A stretch of 59,515 nt of DNA, filler included. It is 5 parts of 5 records of this genome, joined end to end, with 100 filler letters (N's around TTAATTAATTAA, not from the genome) between each part and the next. Parts side by side here need not be neighbours in the genome. Positions count along the whole stretch, not along the records: positions 15,918 to 31,903 come from SRR31156797_5184; positions 32,004 to 41,725 come from SRR31156797_5186; 3 more parts are not named here. One strand, 5' to 3'. The position numbers and the translations under genes were made by a program. Shown here one piece after another: positions 27,736-37,447 of the stretch. The notes beneath the pieces were generated by a model that was not told where the DNA came from, searched no databases, and saw only the letters and a program-made list of their open reading frames with translations. Each line of letters begins with the position of its first letter. Positions within the stretch are counted from its first letter, which is position 1.

Positions 27736-28731
27736 TTACATCTTTACACGACTTTGAATATCAATTGCTTCAATAGTCGTAAAATCTTTTTGTAAATATT
27801 GCTCAATCGCAACTCGACCTATCATCGCTGCATTATCACTACAGTATTTAAGTTCACTTAAAAGAAGTTCACAGTTAAATTCAGCACATAGTTTTTCAAT
27901 CTGTGAACGCAAAGCTTTATTGGCACTAGCTCCCCCAACTATAGCAAACTGTTTTGGTCTTGCAGTCTTAAAATACTTTTTTACTTTCATCATAATATGT
28001 TTTATAGCTGTTTCTTGAAAAGAAGCGCAGATATTATTGATAGTAGTTTCAGTTAAATTATCTGCATTTTCCTCTTTTTCAATCACAAGCCGCACAGCAT
28101 TTTTTAATCCACTATAACTAAACTCTATTTTCGGACTTTGTCTTAAAGGAATAGGAAGTTCATAACTATTTGGATCACCTTGCAAAGCATGTTTTTCTAC
28201 AATAGGACCACCGGGATATCCAAGTCCAAGCATCTTTGATACTTTATCAAAGCTCTCTCCAAAACTATCATCCATAGTTTCACCGATTATTTTTATATCG
28301 GTTAAATTTTTAGCCTCTAAAATTTGTGTATGTCCACCTGAGACTAAAAGAATAGTCGAAGGAAGTTTGGACTCTCCCTCAATAAAAAGAGAAAAGATAT
28401 GACCTTTTAAATGATTTACGGCAATTAATGGAAGCCCTAAAGAGATACTTAAAGCTTTTGCCATAGTTACTCCTTCCATAAGTGTTACACTTAGTCCTGG
28501 TGCATTTGTCACAGCTATCGCTTTTAAGTCTTTAAAATAAGGTTGACACTCTTTTAATATTTTTGGCAAAGCTTCCGCATGAAGTCTTGCAGCAAGTTCA
28601 GGTACAACTCCTCCATAGATACTATGATCAAGTTCTTGAGATATTTTTTTGTGATAGATCAGTTTTTTAGTTTTAATTTCTGTAATGGCGATAGAGCTAT
28701 CATCACAGCTGGATTCGATACTTAGGATCAT
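27736..28731 (-). CDS. tsaD: tRNA N6-adenosine threonylcarbamoyltransferase
   Basis: [47 protein letters not shown]. Confidence 0.97.
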   Translation of the reverse strand: MILSIESSCDDSSIAITEIKTKKLIYHKKISQELDHSIYGGVVPELAARLHAEALPKILKECQPYFKDLKAIAVTNAPGLSVTLMEGVTMAKALSISLGLPLIAVNHLKGHIFSLFIEGESKLPSTILLVSGGHTQILEAKNLTDIKIIGETMDDSFGESFDKVSKMLGLGYPGGPIVEKHALQGDPNSYELPIPLRQSPKIEFSYSGLKNAVRLVIEKEENADNLTETTINNICASFQETAIKHIMMKVKKYFKTARPKQFAIVGGASANKALRSQIEKLCAEFNCELLLSELKYCSDNAAMIGRVAIEQYLQKDFTTIEAIDIQSRVKM

Positions 28732-29084
28732 TGATTCTCTTTTAAAATATTATTTACTACATCCAAAAAAGGATTTATCTTATATCTTAAAGTATCTTCA
28801 ATAATTCCTAAACTAACACCATCATAATCATGTGCTATAAAGTTTCTTACAGCAAATATCCCTTTTATATCTGAGGGTTGAAAATGATCTAAAATTTTTG
28901 ATTCCATTTTTTGTAATTTTGCAACTTGTTCAGCTATTGCAACTAAAAGCATTAAAATAGCAGGTTGTCCTTCTAAATCCTTTAATGCTTTTACAATTCC
29001 ATCATGTCTTTGTATAATTGAGTTAATATCATCTAACTTTTTTTTAATAGATTGTAGTTTAATGATCTCTTCATCATTATACAT
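28728..29084 (-). CDS. HEPN (DUF86) ribonuclease toxin, HepT-like
   Basis: RNFIAHDY = RX4HXY motif; follows the MNT gene. Confidence 0.9.
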   Translation of the reverse strand: MYNDEEIIKLQSIKKKLDDINSIIQRHDGIVKALKDLEGQPAILMLLVAIAEQVAKLQKMESKILDHFQPSDIKGIFAVRNFIAHDYDGVSLGIIEDTLRYKINPFLDVVNNILKENQ

Positions 29085-29397
29085 AAATAGCCTTTTTTAA
29101 AATATAGGTATTATTATGTTGTAATAAGCCTTGTTTATCAACAATATCTATATCTTTTTGAAATTGATTTTTTAATAGTTCTCGATAATCTTCCAATCTT
29201 GAAAATGCATCCCATCCTCTATATTTTTTTAAAAATTCAGGTGTAGTTTCAATAAGTATATCAATATCACTATCCTCTTTAGCTTCATCTCTAGCGTATG
29301 AACCAAAAAGTCCTAAAAGCTTTAAATTGTCTTGTTCAAAGGTAGGTTGTAATTGTTTTAATTGAGTTAGTATATCTTCTTTTTTTAGAATTGACAT
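29077..29397 (-). CDS. Minimal nucleotidyltransferase antitoxin, MntA-like
   Basis: LFGSYARDEAKEDSDIDI = GSX10DXD. Confidence 0.92.
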   Translation of the reverse strand: MSILKKEDILTQLKQLQPTFEQDNLKLLGLFGSYARDEAKEDSDIDILIETTPEFLKKYRGWDAFSRLEDYRELLKNQFQKDIDIVDKQGLLQHNNTYILKKAIYV

Positions 29398-29441
29398 TTG
29401 TAACCTCTATTTTAGCTATTTTATATATTCAATATTCATTA

Positions 29442-29450
29442 ATTATAACA
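29442..29450 (-). promoter_or_regulatory. Extended -10 promoter for MNT-HEPN-tsaD
   Basis: TGTTATAAT on the minus strand about 45 nt upstream of the MNT start. Confidence 0.5.
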
Positions 29451-29463
29451 AAATAATATCAAA

Positions 29464-30006
29464 TTATTCCGTATCTTTTGTAAGCCATTCTAAAGCACAA
29501 GAGAGTTCACCATACCCACTATCAGTATTAATATGTCCAGCGTCATCTAGTATCTTTAGACCGATATTAAGCTCACTTTGAAGCTCTATTATCTCTTCAA
29601 CACTCATATAAGGATCATTAGTACTTCCAGCCATGATCACTTCTTTTGCTTTGAGATCTTTTGGCACGGGATAAGGAAAAAATGTTTGAAGTTCTTTTAT
29701 ATCACAGTTTTTTCGTACAGGAGCTACTAGCATCAGTTTTTCAATAGGTTCTATATCAAATTTTTCAACTAAATGAAACCACACAATATTAGCTAAGGAG
29801 TGACATACCACAAAATCAGGTTTAAAGTGATCAAACTCATTTTTTACAAACTCCATCCACTCATTAAATTCAGGAAACTCTTTATCTTGTATTTCTGGAA
29901 AGGAGACAATATAGTTTTTCTTGATAAGTTCACACGCCAACCATGCTTGCCAATGGGGATAGTCACTTCCACCCCAACCATGAAGTATTAAAACTCTTTT
30001 CCCCAT
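29464..30006 (-). CDS. RBBP9/YdeN family alpha/beta hydrolase
   Basis: ILHGWGGS..HWQ.WL, CHSLA nucleophile elbow, STNDPY, AGHIN..SGYG. Start set to ATG 30006. Confidence 0.9.
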   Translation of the reverse strand: MGKRVLILHGWGGSDYPHWQAWLACELIKKNYIVSFPEIQDKEFPEFNEWMEFVKNEFDHFKPDFVVCHSLANIVWFHLVEKFDIEPIEKLMLVAPVRKNCDIKELQTFFPYPVPKDLKAKEVIMAGSTNDPYMSVEEIIELQSELNIGLKILDDAGHINTDSGYGELSCALEWLTKDTE

Positions 30007-30437
30007 TATTTTAGCTTCCTTACACATCGTACAAATTTTTTATAAGTCCTATTTTGATAATAGATCGCACCACTTTTAAAAAATACAAAATACCCATATA
30101 ATCCAAAATTTCTATTCCATGTTCTATCACTTGTCCAGTAATTTTCAGGTAAGATATATTTAAAAGCACGATTGATCATGAGTTCATCTTTTCTTGTTTT
30201 ATCTATAATAGTTAGATACTCTTCTTTCGTTGGAAGATGCCAATCAGTAAAACCTGCAAATGAGAGTTCTTTACAATGTTTAACCGCTTCTTCTTGAGTT
30301 AATCGGATCTTGACTGTATCATAAGTATCTTGCCACATCAGTTTATGCTGATCGTCTATAACATAATCACCACTTTTAGTAAGCTTTGCACTAAAGGCAA
30401 GATTTAAAAATATTAAAAATAAAATGATGATTTTCAT
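30006..30437 (-). CDS. Secreted DUF1566 (Lcl C-terminal) domain protein
   Basis: Signal peptide, KLMWQ, C..L..AGFTDWHLPT..E, YWTS, VRCVR. Confidence 0.88.
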   Translation of the reverse strand: MKIIILFLIFLNLAFSAKLTKSGDYVIDDQHKLMWQDTYDTVKIRLTQEEAVKHCKELSFAGFTDWHLPTKEEYLTIIDKTRKDELMINRAFKYILPENYWTSDRTWNRNFGLYGYFVFFKSGAIYYQNRTYKKFVRCVRKLK

Positions 30438-30712
30438 AGGTTATCCTTAGTCACTATTGTATACTTTTTTCGCTCAATTGGATCTTTTATAGAATCATCA
30501 AAAAGCTCTAGTGAAATGGTATACCCTTGTCTAAAAATAAGACCTTTTAACTCTTTTGGTGGCTCTTTTTCTTCATCAGTTGCATGCTCTTTCCACTCTT
30601 GGAATTTTTTTTCATAAATATCGACTATTTTATCTTCATGGTATTTTCGTTCAAGTAACAATCCAATAGTGATAATTAAAAGCATAATAAAAGGGATCAT
30701 CATACCATCCAT
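30434..30712 (-). CDS. Hypothetical protein with N-terminal TM
   Basis: 92-aa ORF tightly packed between dxr and the DUF1566 gene. Confidence 0.75.
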   Translation of the reverse strand: MDGMMIPFIMLLIITIGLLLERKYHEDKIVDIYEKKFQEWKEHATDEEKEPPKELKGLIFRQGYTISLELFDDSIKDPIERKKYTIVTKDNL

Positions 30713-31786
30713 CTAAAACTCCTGTGCAAAAAATCTAGCTGCTTCATTGGCTGCATAAAGATCATCAACTGAATTGACTGAAATAGAGTGAAAATGGTTT
30801 AAAGCTTGTAGCGATATTTTTGAGATATCCATAAAGTTTATCTCTTTTTTTAAAAATCGTTCAACCGCTACTTCATTGGCTCCATTTAAAATGACACCAA
30901 GGTTTTCATTATGTAAAAGTTCTTTTTTTACTTCCCAAATTGGGTATCTCTCAGTTGCGATCTCTCTAAATTCTAAACTACCAAGAGAAAGTAGATCAAC
31001 AGGTTTTAATATTTGCTCTTCAACACGATCTAAAATTGCATAAGCAATTGGAAGCTGCATATTTGCATGGGCTAAATGAGCAGTAGTACTTCCATCAGTA
31101 AAGTTTATAAGTGCATGGATAATAGATTGTGTCTCAATAATAGCATCACATTGAGTAGTATCAAAAAGCCATTTTGCTTCGATAAGCTCAAAAAGTTTAT
31201 TGGTCATAGTAGCGCTATCTATTGTGATCTTATTTCCCATAGACCAATTTGGATGATTAAGCGCTTGTTCAATAGTGACATTTTGAAGTTCACTTAGAGG
31301 GTAATTTCTAAAGCTACCCCCACTTGCTGTGATCATAAGGTTTTCTATCGGTTTGTTTTTATCTTGTAGATACCAAAGTCCAAAATGTTCACTATCAATT
31401 GGAACGATTTTAGAAGTGTCTAAAAACTGACCTCCAACCACTAAAGATTCTTTATTAGCTAAAGCGACTTTTTTCCCACACTCTATAGCTTTCATAGTTG
31501 GTTCTAATCCAAAAAAACCAACAAGAGCATTAACCACAAGATCTGAATCTGAAGTTTCAATCTCTTCTAAAATAGAGGCTAATCCAAATTTTACATTTGA
31601 ATGGTTGACACGAGGAATATTCTCTTTTAATGCAACGATTACAACTCTAGGTGTAAACTCTTTTAATTGTTCATTTAAAAGTTCAATATTATTTCCAGCA
31701 ACTAGAACATCAATATGGATATTAAATTTTTTAGCAATAGCGAGGGTATTGACCCCAATTGATCCAGTACTCCCTAAAACAATCAA
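30713..31786 (-). CDS. dxr: 1-deoxy-D-xylulose 5-phosphate reductoisomerase
   Basis: LGSTGSIG, LANKESL, PIDSEH, TASGG, HPNWSMGNKITIDSA. Confidence 0.97.
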   Translation of the reverse strand: MIVLGSTGSIGVNTLAIAKKFNIHIDVLVAGNNIELLNEQLKEFTPRVVIVALKENIPRVNHSNVKFGLASILEEIETSDSDLVVNALVGFFGLEPTMKAIECGKKVALANKESLVVGGQFLDTSKIVPIDSEHFGLWYLQDKNKPIENLMITASGGSFRNYPLSELQNVTIEQALNHPNWSMGNKITIDSATMTNKLFELIEAKWLFDTTQCDAIIETQSIIHALINFTDGSTTAHLAHANMQLPIAYAILDRVEEQILKPVDLLSLGSLEFREIATERYPIWEVKKELLHNENLGVILNGANEVAVERFLKKEINFMDISKISLQALNHFHSISVNSVDDLYAANEAARFFAQEF

Positions 31787-31903
31787 CTAAAAAGCCTTAA
31801 AAGGATAAGTAGTGCAACTCCTGCAAAAAGATATCCATCTACACGATCTAGCATTCCCCCATGACCAGGGAGGATATCTCCACTATCTTTTACATCAGCT
31901 TCT
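31783..31903 (-). CDS. cdsA: Phosphatidate cytidylyltransferase, C-terminal fragment
   Basis: Manual translation EADVKDSGDILPGHGGMLDRVDGYLF...FS*; usual position upstream of dxr. Confidence 0.92.
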
Positions 31904-32003
31904 NNNNNNNNNNNNNNNNNNNNNNNNNNNNNNNNNNNNNNNNNNNNTTAATTAATTAANNNNNNNNNNNNNNNNNNNNNNNNNNNNNNNNNNNNNNNNN
32001 NNN
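31904..32003. other. Artificial contig linker
   Basis: 44 N + TTAATTAATTAA + 44 N. Confidence 0.99.
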
Positions 32004-32032
32004 GTCCCTGGTTCGAGCCCAGGTGGGCCCAC
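32004..32032 (+). tRNA. 3' part of a tRNA gene (T-arm and acceptor strand); anticodon outside the contig, possibly Ile
   Basis: GTCCCTGGTTCGAGCCCAGGTGGGCCCAC: T-stem CCTGG/CCAGG, loop TTCGAGC, then a terminator. Could also be a fragment rather than an intact gene. Confidence 0.75.
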
Positions 32033-32035
32033 ATC

Positions 32036-32068
32036 AAGGTCGTCAAATTAATGACGGCCTTTTTTTTT
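32036..32068 (+). terminator. Intrinsic terminator after the tRNA
   Basis: AAGGTCGTCA-AATTAA-TGACGGCCTT followed by a T-run. Confidence 0.85.
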
Positions 32069-32074
32069 GAATTA

Positions 32075-32328
32075 GTCCCTGGTGCCGAAAAAATAGAAAT
32101 CTTTGATTTCTTCTTTTTTCGAGCATCCACGTAAATCTAAAAATTCGAAGAATTTAAGATTTTCGGGATTCGAACCCAGGTGAGCCCACAGTTAAAAGGA
32201 GATGCTTCAAAAGTGTCTCCTTTTTTTATTGTATAAACCATAGGGCGAGAAGTTTATCCCGATGTCAATCGGGAAGCCCAGGTGGGCTCAAAATTAATAG
32301 GTCGTCATTTAAAGTGACGACCTATTTT
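32075..32328 (+). repeat. Two degenerate tRNA-3'-end copies, each with palindromes and its own terminator
   Basis: TTCGAACCCAGGTGAGCCCACA (32169-32190) plus hairpin 32194-32227; AGCCCAGGTGGGCTCA (32275-32290) plus hairpin 32296-32326; REP-like palindromes precede each copy. Confidence 0.75.
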
Positions 32329-32373
32329 ATACAAGTTCCTAATGATTAAAAACCTACGATCATTAAACTAATA

Positions 32374-34371
32374 TTATCGTACAATCAACTCACTTGGAAT
32401 AGGCGTTTTATTTATGGTATACTTATCTTTTGAAGCATTAATTAATTGAATCTCAACACGGCGATTTATGCGTCGTCCGTCAGGACTATCCTTGCCGTTC
32501 AGTTCGTTTTTAGCCAATGGTTTGTCTTCTCCTTCTGATGATATAGTAATTCGATCCCTATTGATTCCTTCATACTCCAGGTAATCTGCGATAAAATCAG
32601 CACGCTTTTTACCTAATCTTTTATTATACCAACTTGGACCTTTTGAGTCTGTATGACCAATCAGGTTAACTTTTACATCTGGAAATTTCAACAAAAATGC
32701 AGGCAAAAGCTCATATGTTGACATCTCAATCTTAAACTCATCAAAAGGCATGAATATATAATCCGGTATGGCATACAACATTTCCATTGTGGCATCTTTC
32801 ATTGCAACCTCTGGAACAAGTTCGTTTTTCTCTTCTGATCCCACTTTAATATTCCGGGTGAATGTTTTATAACCCTTAGCTTCAAAAACTAATTGTAATA
32901 TCTGACCCTGTCTGGCAGCAATTACAAATTTACCTGTTCTTGGATTGGGTTCATATACTCCAAACATTTCTCCGGTTGCGAAATCATAAGCGGTTACTCC
33001 AGCGCCAAGAATAACCTGACCCTCATCATCTTTCGCATACCCTGTAAATACCATTAAATCAGTATACACAATATCCGGCATATCAATCATAAATAAGTCG
33101 GTTTCACCCAAACTTTTTTCATTGTATGATGCATAGTAACCTCTTTTACCATCAACAGAAATAGAAAACCCAACTTCATCTCCAGTTGTATTAATGGGAT
33201 ACCCAATGTTTGAAGGCACTTCCCATTCGTTACCTTCTTTAAGTCTTGTAAAGAAAACATCTAGTCCTCCCATTGTATTGTGGCCGGCTGATGAAAAAAA
33301 CAGTCGCTCATTATCAGGGTGCATAAATGGAGATTCTTCATCGTATGGAGTGTTAATTACTGGACCCAGGTTTGAGGCAGCACTCCACATTCCATTTGGC
33401 ATTTTTTGCGTTACATAAATATCCAGACCACCAAAACCTTCTGGTCTGTCACTGGTAAAATAAAATGATGACTTATCCGGGGAATAACATCCGTATGTTT
33501 CAAGATCAGGGCCATTTATAGGAAATGGCATTTCCTCCGGTTCACTCCAGGTGTCACCATCTTTTTGACTTTCATATAATGCGCCATTCTCATCCACATT
33601 CACATACAAAATGAGTGTGTTTCCATCAAATGATAAACTGGCACTTGATTCATTTACCGGCAATGATACTTCTTCAAGTTTTTTAGGAACTCCCCATTTA
33701 TCATTTTCCTTTGACACTATATAAATATCATCCGGATCATTTATGGATGCAGTACCGTTATCAATTCTATTACTGGTAAAAATTAAGGTTTTTTCATCTC
33801 CTGAAATAACCGGTGCGTATTCAATAGCAGGAGTATTAATGCCTTTGGGAAATGGATTTACTTTTATTTTCAATGGCTTACTAACTAACTCCCTTGCATT
33901 CTCATTAATTTCGATCAAACGATCAATTTCGGCTATTAATTCCGGTGAAGCTTCAGGACCAATATCTGCTTTAAATGATTCATACAAGTTTTTTGCCCTG
34001 TCAAATTGATGATTATGGTAACAAGCCTGTGCTAGAAAAAAAGGTGTTTCATATGGTGCTTTAGTTTCTTTTACACTTTCAGGATCGTAATTAAGATCTG
34101 TATTTTCTGCTGCCATTTCCAAATACGTAATGGCCTTTTTCTTATAAAGATTACTTTTTAAATAGCAAAACCCCAATTTAAATTGAAGATTCGCATTTTC
34201 AGGATTTTGACTAACTAATTCTTCCAAAATTTCAGCCGCCTTATTAAATTCCATGTTCTGAATATACTCTTCAGCTTGCATAAACTGGCTTCTGAAATCA
34301 TCTTTAGAATGACTACCCAAAAGTGATAAGTTAAATGTAAAGACTACAATTAATAAAAATACAGCACGCAT
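32374..34371 (-). CDS. OmpA family peptidoglycan-binding protein with TPR and PD40 repeats (PorE-like)
   Basis: TPR N-terminus, PD40 repeats (FTSDRPEGFGGLDIY, NLGPVINTPYDEESPF), GHTDSKG...N..L...RA, NRRVEI. Start ATG 34371 lies downstream of a TAAATTTG -7 box at 34396-34403. Confidence 0.9.
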   Translation of the reverse strand: MRAVFLLIVVFTFNLSLLGSHSKDDFRSQFMQAEEYIQNMEFNKAAEILEELVSQNPENANLQFKLGFCYLKSNLYKKKAITYLEMAAENTDLNYDPESVKETKAPYETPFFLAQACYHNHQFDRAKNLYESFKADIGPEASPELIAEIDRLIEINENARELVSKPLKIKVNPFPKGINTPAIEYAPVISGDEKTLIFTSNRIDNGTASINDPDDIYIVSKENDKWGVPKKLEEVSLPVNESSASLSFDGNTLILYVNVDENGALYESQKDGDTWSEPEEMPFPINGPDLETYGCYSPDKSSFYFTSDRPEGFGGLDIYVTQKMPNGMWSAASNLGPVINTPYDEESPFMHPDNERLFFSSAGHNTMGGLDVFFTRLKEGNEWEVPSNIGYPINTTGDEVGFSISVDGKRGYYASYNEKSLGETDLFMIDMPDIVYTDLMVFTGYAKDDEGQVILGAGVTAYDFATGEMFGVYEPNPRTGKFVIAARQGQILQLVFEAKGYKTFTRNIKVGSEEKNELVPEVAMKDATMEMLYAIPDYIFMPFDEFKIEMSTYELLPAFLLKFPDVKVNLIGHTDSKGPSWYNKRLGKKRADFIADYLEYEGINRDRITISSEGEDKPLAKNELNGKDSPDGRRINRRVEIQLINASKDKYTINKTPIPSELIVR

Positions 34372-34541
34372 ATAGTTGGTTTTAGTTAACAGAAGCAAAT
34401 TTAAACACAAAAAGCTGGCAAAAGCATTGAAAATTAAACTGTTTTGTTAATGATATTTTAATAGAGCAATATTTTTATTAACACCTGTTTTTTCAATAAG
34501 ATTTGTAAATTTACAGTCCCAATTCTGAAAAATAAATTATT

Positions 34542-36710
34542 ATGAAACACATATTTTTTTTATTGCTATTTGCAATTAGCACAACTCTAAGTGCCCAAAC
34601 TATTTACGAAATTCAAGGCCAAACAGCAAATTCACCTTATGATGGCTCTGAAGTAACTGTTAAGGGAATTGTTACAGCTACTTATACTACCGGATATTTT
34701 ATTCAGGATGGCGATACAGCCTGGACAGGAATTTACATTTATGATCAGGGGAACTCACCTGCTCTAGGTGATTCAGTTACTTTGTCTGGAACAGTAGATG
34801 AGTATTATAACATGACAGAAATTATCAACCTAACAGGATTTGCTACAATTAATTCCGGGAATCCTTTACCTGAGCCTATTACGATTACTTCAGGTGAGGC
34901 TACTGAAGCCTATGAAAGTGTATTGATTCGAGTGGAAGAAGCAGAATGCACAAACCCGGATTTAGGATACGGAGAATGGGAGATTAATGATGGTTCAGGT
35001 CCGGTAGCTGTAGACGATATGGGTATTGCATTTGCTCCAACAATTGGTGTTTCATATACCGTTACTGGCCCATTAAATTATTCCTTTAGCGCATACAAAA
35101 TTGAACCCAGAGATGAAAACGACATTCAGGTAGCTGAAGCACTTTTCTTTACCAGTCCTCTTAGTATTAGCAATATTGAAGAGACCAGTGTAACACTCTC
35201 ATGGGAAACAAATGCAGCTTCATCAACACATTTAGCCATTGGAACATCTGAAGGTTTAGAAATGGACACCATAATAGATGCTACTGAAACTACAGAGCAT
35301 GAAGTTGTTCTTGAAGGGTTAACGGCTAATTCATTTTACTATATCAAACCTTTTTCAGTGAGTGGAGAAGATACTACCATAAGTCTTATTTCAATGATTG
35401 CTACAAAGTCAACCTCGTCAGGTGAAATGAAAGTATATTTCAACCATTCAATTGACAGCACTGTAGCGTGGGAAAACTATGCCGTTTCTATTCCAAATGA
35501 CTTTACTGATACGATTATTTCATACATCGATATGGCTCAAACAACGCTGGATATTACCATGTATGACATTGTGGATACCACTGATGGTCAGGTAATCAGA
35601 ATTATGCATGCCATAAATGATGCTTACGACAGAGGTGTTGATATTCGCTACATTACAGATGACGAACCCGAAAATCCACTATTAGATAGTTTAAATGCCA
35701 ACATCAATATTTTAGCTGGAAATACAGAAGCTATTATGCATGATAAATTCATGATCATTGATCGTGATGATATCCAAAACAGCTGGGTGCTGACAGGCTC
35801 AACTAACCACACGATTGCTAACTTAAGAAAAGATTACAACAACATAATTTGCATTCAGGACTATCAATTGGCACAAGCCTATACCCTAGAATTCAATGAA
35901 ATGTGGGGAAGTGAAACGTTAACACCTGATCCAGGAGTAGCGCTGTTTGGAGCTGATAAAACAGACAATACTCCTCACTTTTTCAATGTAGCAGGAATTG
36001 ATGTTCAATTATATTTTTCACCTTCAGACAAAACAACCTCAAAAATCATTGAAGTTATTGACAATGCCCAGGAATCACTTGAATTTGCATTGTTAGTATT
36101 CACAGAAAACACGCTAGGCACAGAAGTTTTAGATGCCCATAACCGTGGAGTTGATGTCCGTGGAATTGTCGATTATACGGATTATTCTGGAGATGAGTAT
36201 CACTATTTATTAGATAATGGAGTTAACGTGCTTGAATATGAAAATGAAGATGGTTCTCAGTGGCCTATTGGTGCTACATTGCACCACAAATATGCTGTAA
36301 TTGATCAAAATACTGATAATGCAGTATTAATTACCGGTTCTCACAACTGGTCGGCCTCAGGTGAAAGTCGTAACGATGAAAATACTTTAATCATCCATGA
36401 TCGAAATATGGCTAACCTCTACTACCAGGAATTTTCAAAAAGGTTTGATGAGTTGTTAGCCCTCTCAACTAACGATATAGTAATTGGAAATGAACTTAAG
36501 ATTTATCCAAATCCTACTCAAGAATTAGTCAACATTGATGCTGAAGGAAACGGAACTTATCGTATTTTCAATTTACAGGGCAAAATAGAAAATGTTGGAA
36601 AAATTAAACAAGGAACTAATCAACTAAATATTGAGTTGGTTGATGGATTATACATTATAGAAGTACAAACAAATAATCAGATATTTAGATCAAAATTAAT
36701 TGTTGAGTAA
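34542..36710 (+). CDS. T9SS-secreted phospholipase D/nuclease family protein with OB-folds and an FN3 domain
   Basis: Signal peptide; TIYEIQG...GYFIQD OB-fold; FN3-like segment; two HKD motifs (HDKFMIID, HHKYAVID) with GSxN; C-terminal IYPNP...GLYII...KLIVE sorting domain. Confidence 0.88.
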   Translation: MKHIFFLLLFAISTTLSAQTIYEIQGQTANSPYDGSEVTVKGIVTATYTTGYFIQDGDTAWTGIYIYDQGNSPALGDSVTLSGTVDEYYNMTEIINLTGFATINSGNPLPEPITITSGEATEAYESVLIRVEEAECTNPDLGYGEWEINDGSGPVAVDDMGIAFAPTIGVSYTVTGPLNYSFSAYKIEPRDENDIQVAEALFFTSPLSISNIEETSVTLSWETNAASSTHLAIGTSEGLEMDTIIDATETTEHEVVLEGLTANSFYYIKPFSVSGEDTTISLISMIATKSTSSGEMKVYFNHSIDSTVAWENYAVSIPNDFTDTIISYIDMAQTTLDITMYDIVDTTDGQVIRIMHAINDAYDRGVDIRYITDDEPENPLLDSLNANINILAGNTEAIMHDKFMIIDRDDIQNSWVLTGSTNHTIANLRKDYNNIICIQDYQLAQAYTLEFNEMWGSETLTPDPGVALFGADKTDNTPHFFNVAGIDVQLYFSPSDKTTSKIIEVIDNAQESLEFALLVFTENTLGTEVLDAHNRGVDVRGIVDYTDYSGDEYHYLLDNGVNVLEYENEDGSQWPIGATLHHKYAVIDQNTDNAVLITGSHNWSASGESRNDENTLIIHDRNMANLYYQEFSKRFDELLALSTNDIVIGNELKIYPNPTQELVNIDAEGNGTYRIFNLQGKIENVGKIKQGTNQLNIELVDGLYIIEVQTNNQIFRSKLIVE

Positions 36711-36726
36711 ACGAGCACAATAAAAC

Positions 36727-36756
36727 AAAAAAGCTACTTACGAGTAGCTTTTTTTT
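36727..36756. terminator. Bidirectional intrinsic terminator
   Basis: AAAAAAGCTACT-TACG-AGTAGCTTTTTT between convergent genes. Confidence 0.85.
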
Positions 36757-37447
36757 ATTTCAATATGCTGAGTAAATCAGTCAAGCGGTTTCCTTTAAAA
36801 TAATTCTCCATTTCGGAAGGTTCACGGGCCTCTTCGTGCAACCATGTAGTGTGATAAGGAACATGCATCGCATAGCCACCCAACTCAAGCACCGGTAAAA
36901 CATCAGAGCGAAGTGAATTGCCAGTCATGAAAAAATTAGAAGGGTCAGTCTGAATGATATGCAATAGATTTTGGTAATCCGTAATTTGTTTATCGGTCAT
37001 TATCTCAACATGATCAAAATATCCGGCTAATCCCGATTTCTTAAGCTTACGTTGTTGATCCAATAAATCTCCTTTTGTGGCCACAATCATTTTATATTGT
37101 CCTGCCAATGCATCCAGCGTTTCTTCTACACCATCTAAAAGCTCCACTGGTTTATTTAACATCCGTTTACCGATATCTAGAATTTGATCTGTAATATTTC
37201 CGGGAAGGTTATGATTGGCCACTTCTGATGCTGTTTCAATCATTGATAAAATAAAACTCTTTATTCCATATCCATAGATAGTGATATTACCAACTTCAAT
37301 GTCATATAATCTTGACCGAAGGGTATCTGCATCCATGTAATCCTTCATAATGACAAAAAACTCTTTTTCGGCTTCCCGAAAAAAAGTTTCATTGTTCCAT
37401 AATGTATCATCGGCATCAAATGCCAGTATCTTAATATTTCTAACCAT
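36755..37447 (-). CDS. HAD family hydrolase
   Basis: AFDADDTLW, ATKGDLLDQ, GNSLRSDVLP. Confidence 0.92.
   Translation of the reverse strand: MVRNIKILAFDADDTLWNNETFFREAEKEFFVIMKDYMDADTLRSRLYDIEVGNITIYGYGIKSFILSMIETASEVANHNLPGNITDQILDIGKRMLNKPVELLDGVEETLDALAGQYKMIVATKGDLLDQQRKLKKSGLAGYFDHVEIMTDKQITDYQNLLHIIQTDPSNFFMTGNSLRSDVLPVLELGGYAMHVPYHTTWLHEEAREPSEMENYFKGNRLTDLLSILK

Noticed and set aside
31948-32130. 60-aa ORF running into the linker
   Set aside because: Antisense to the tRNA end and terminator and closed only by the artificial linker.
32004-32328. Repeat region as a CRISPR array
   Set aside because: Only three degenerate units with unequal spacing, derived from tRNA, and no cas genes.
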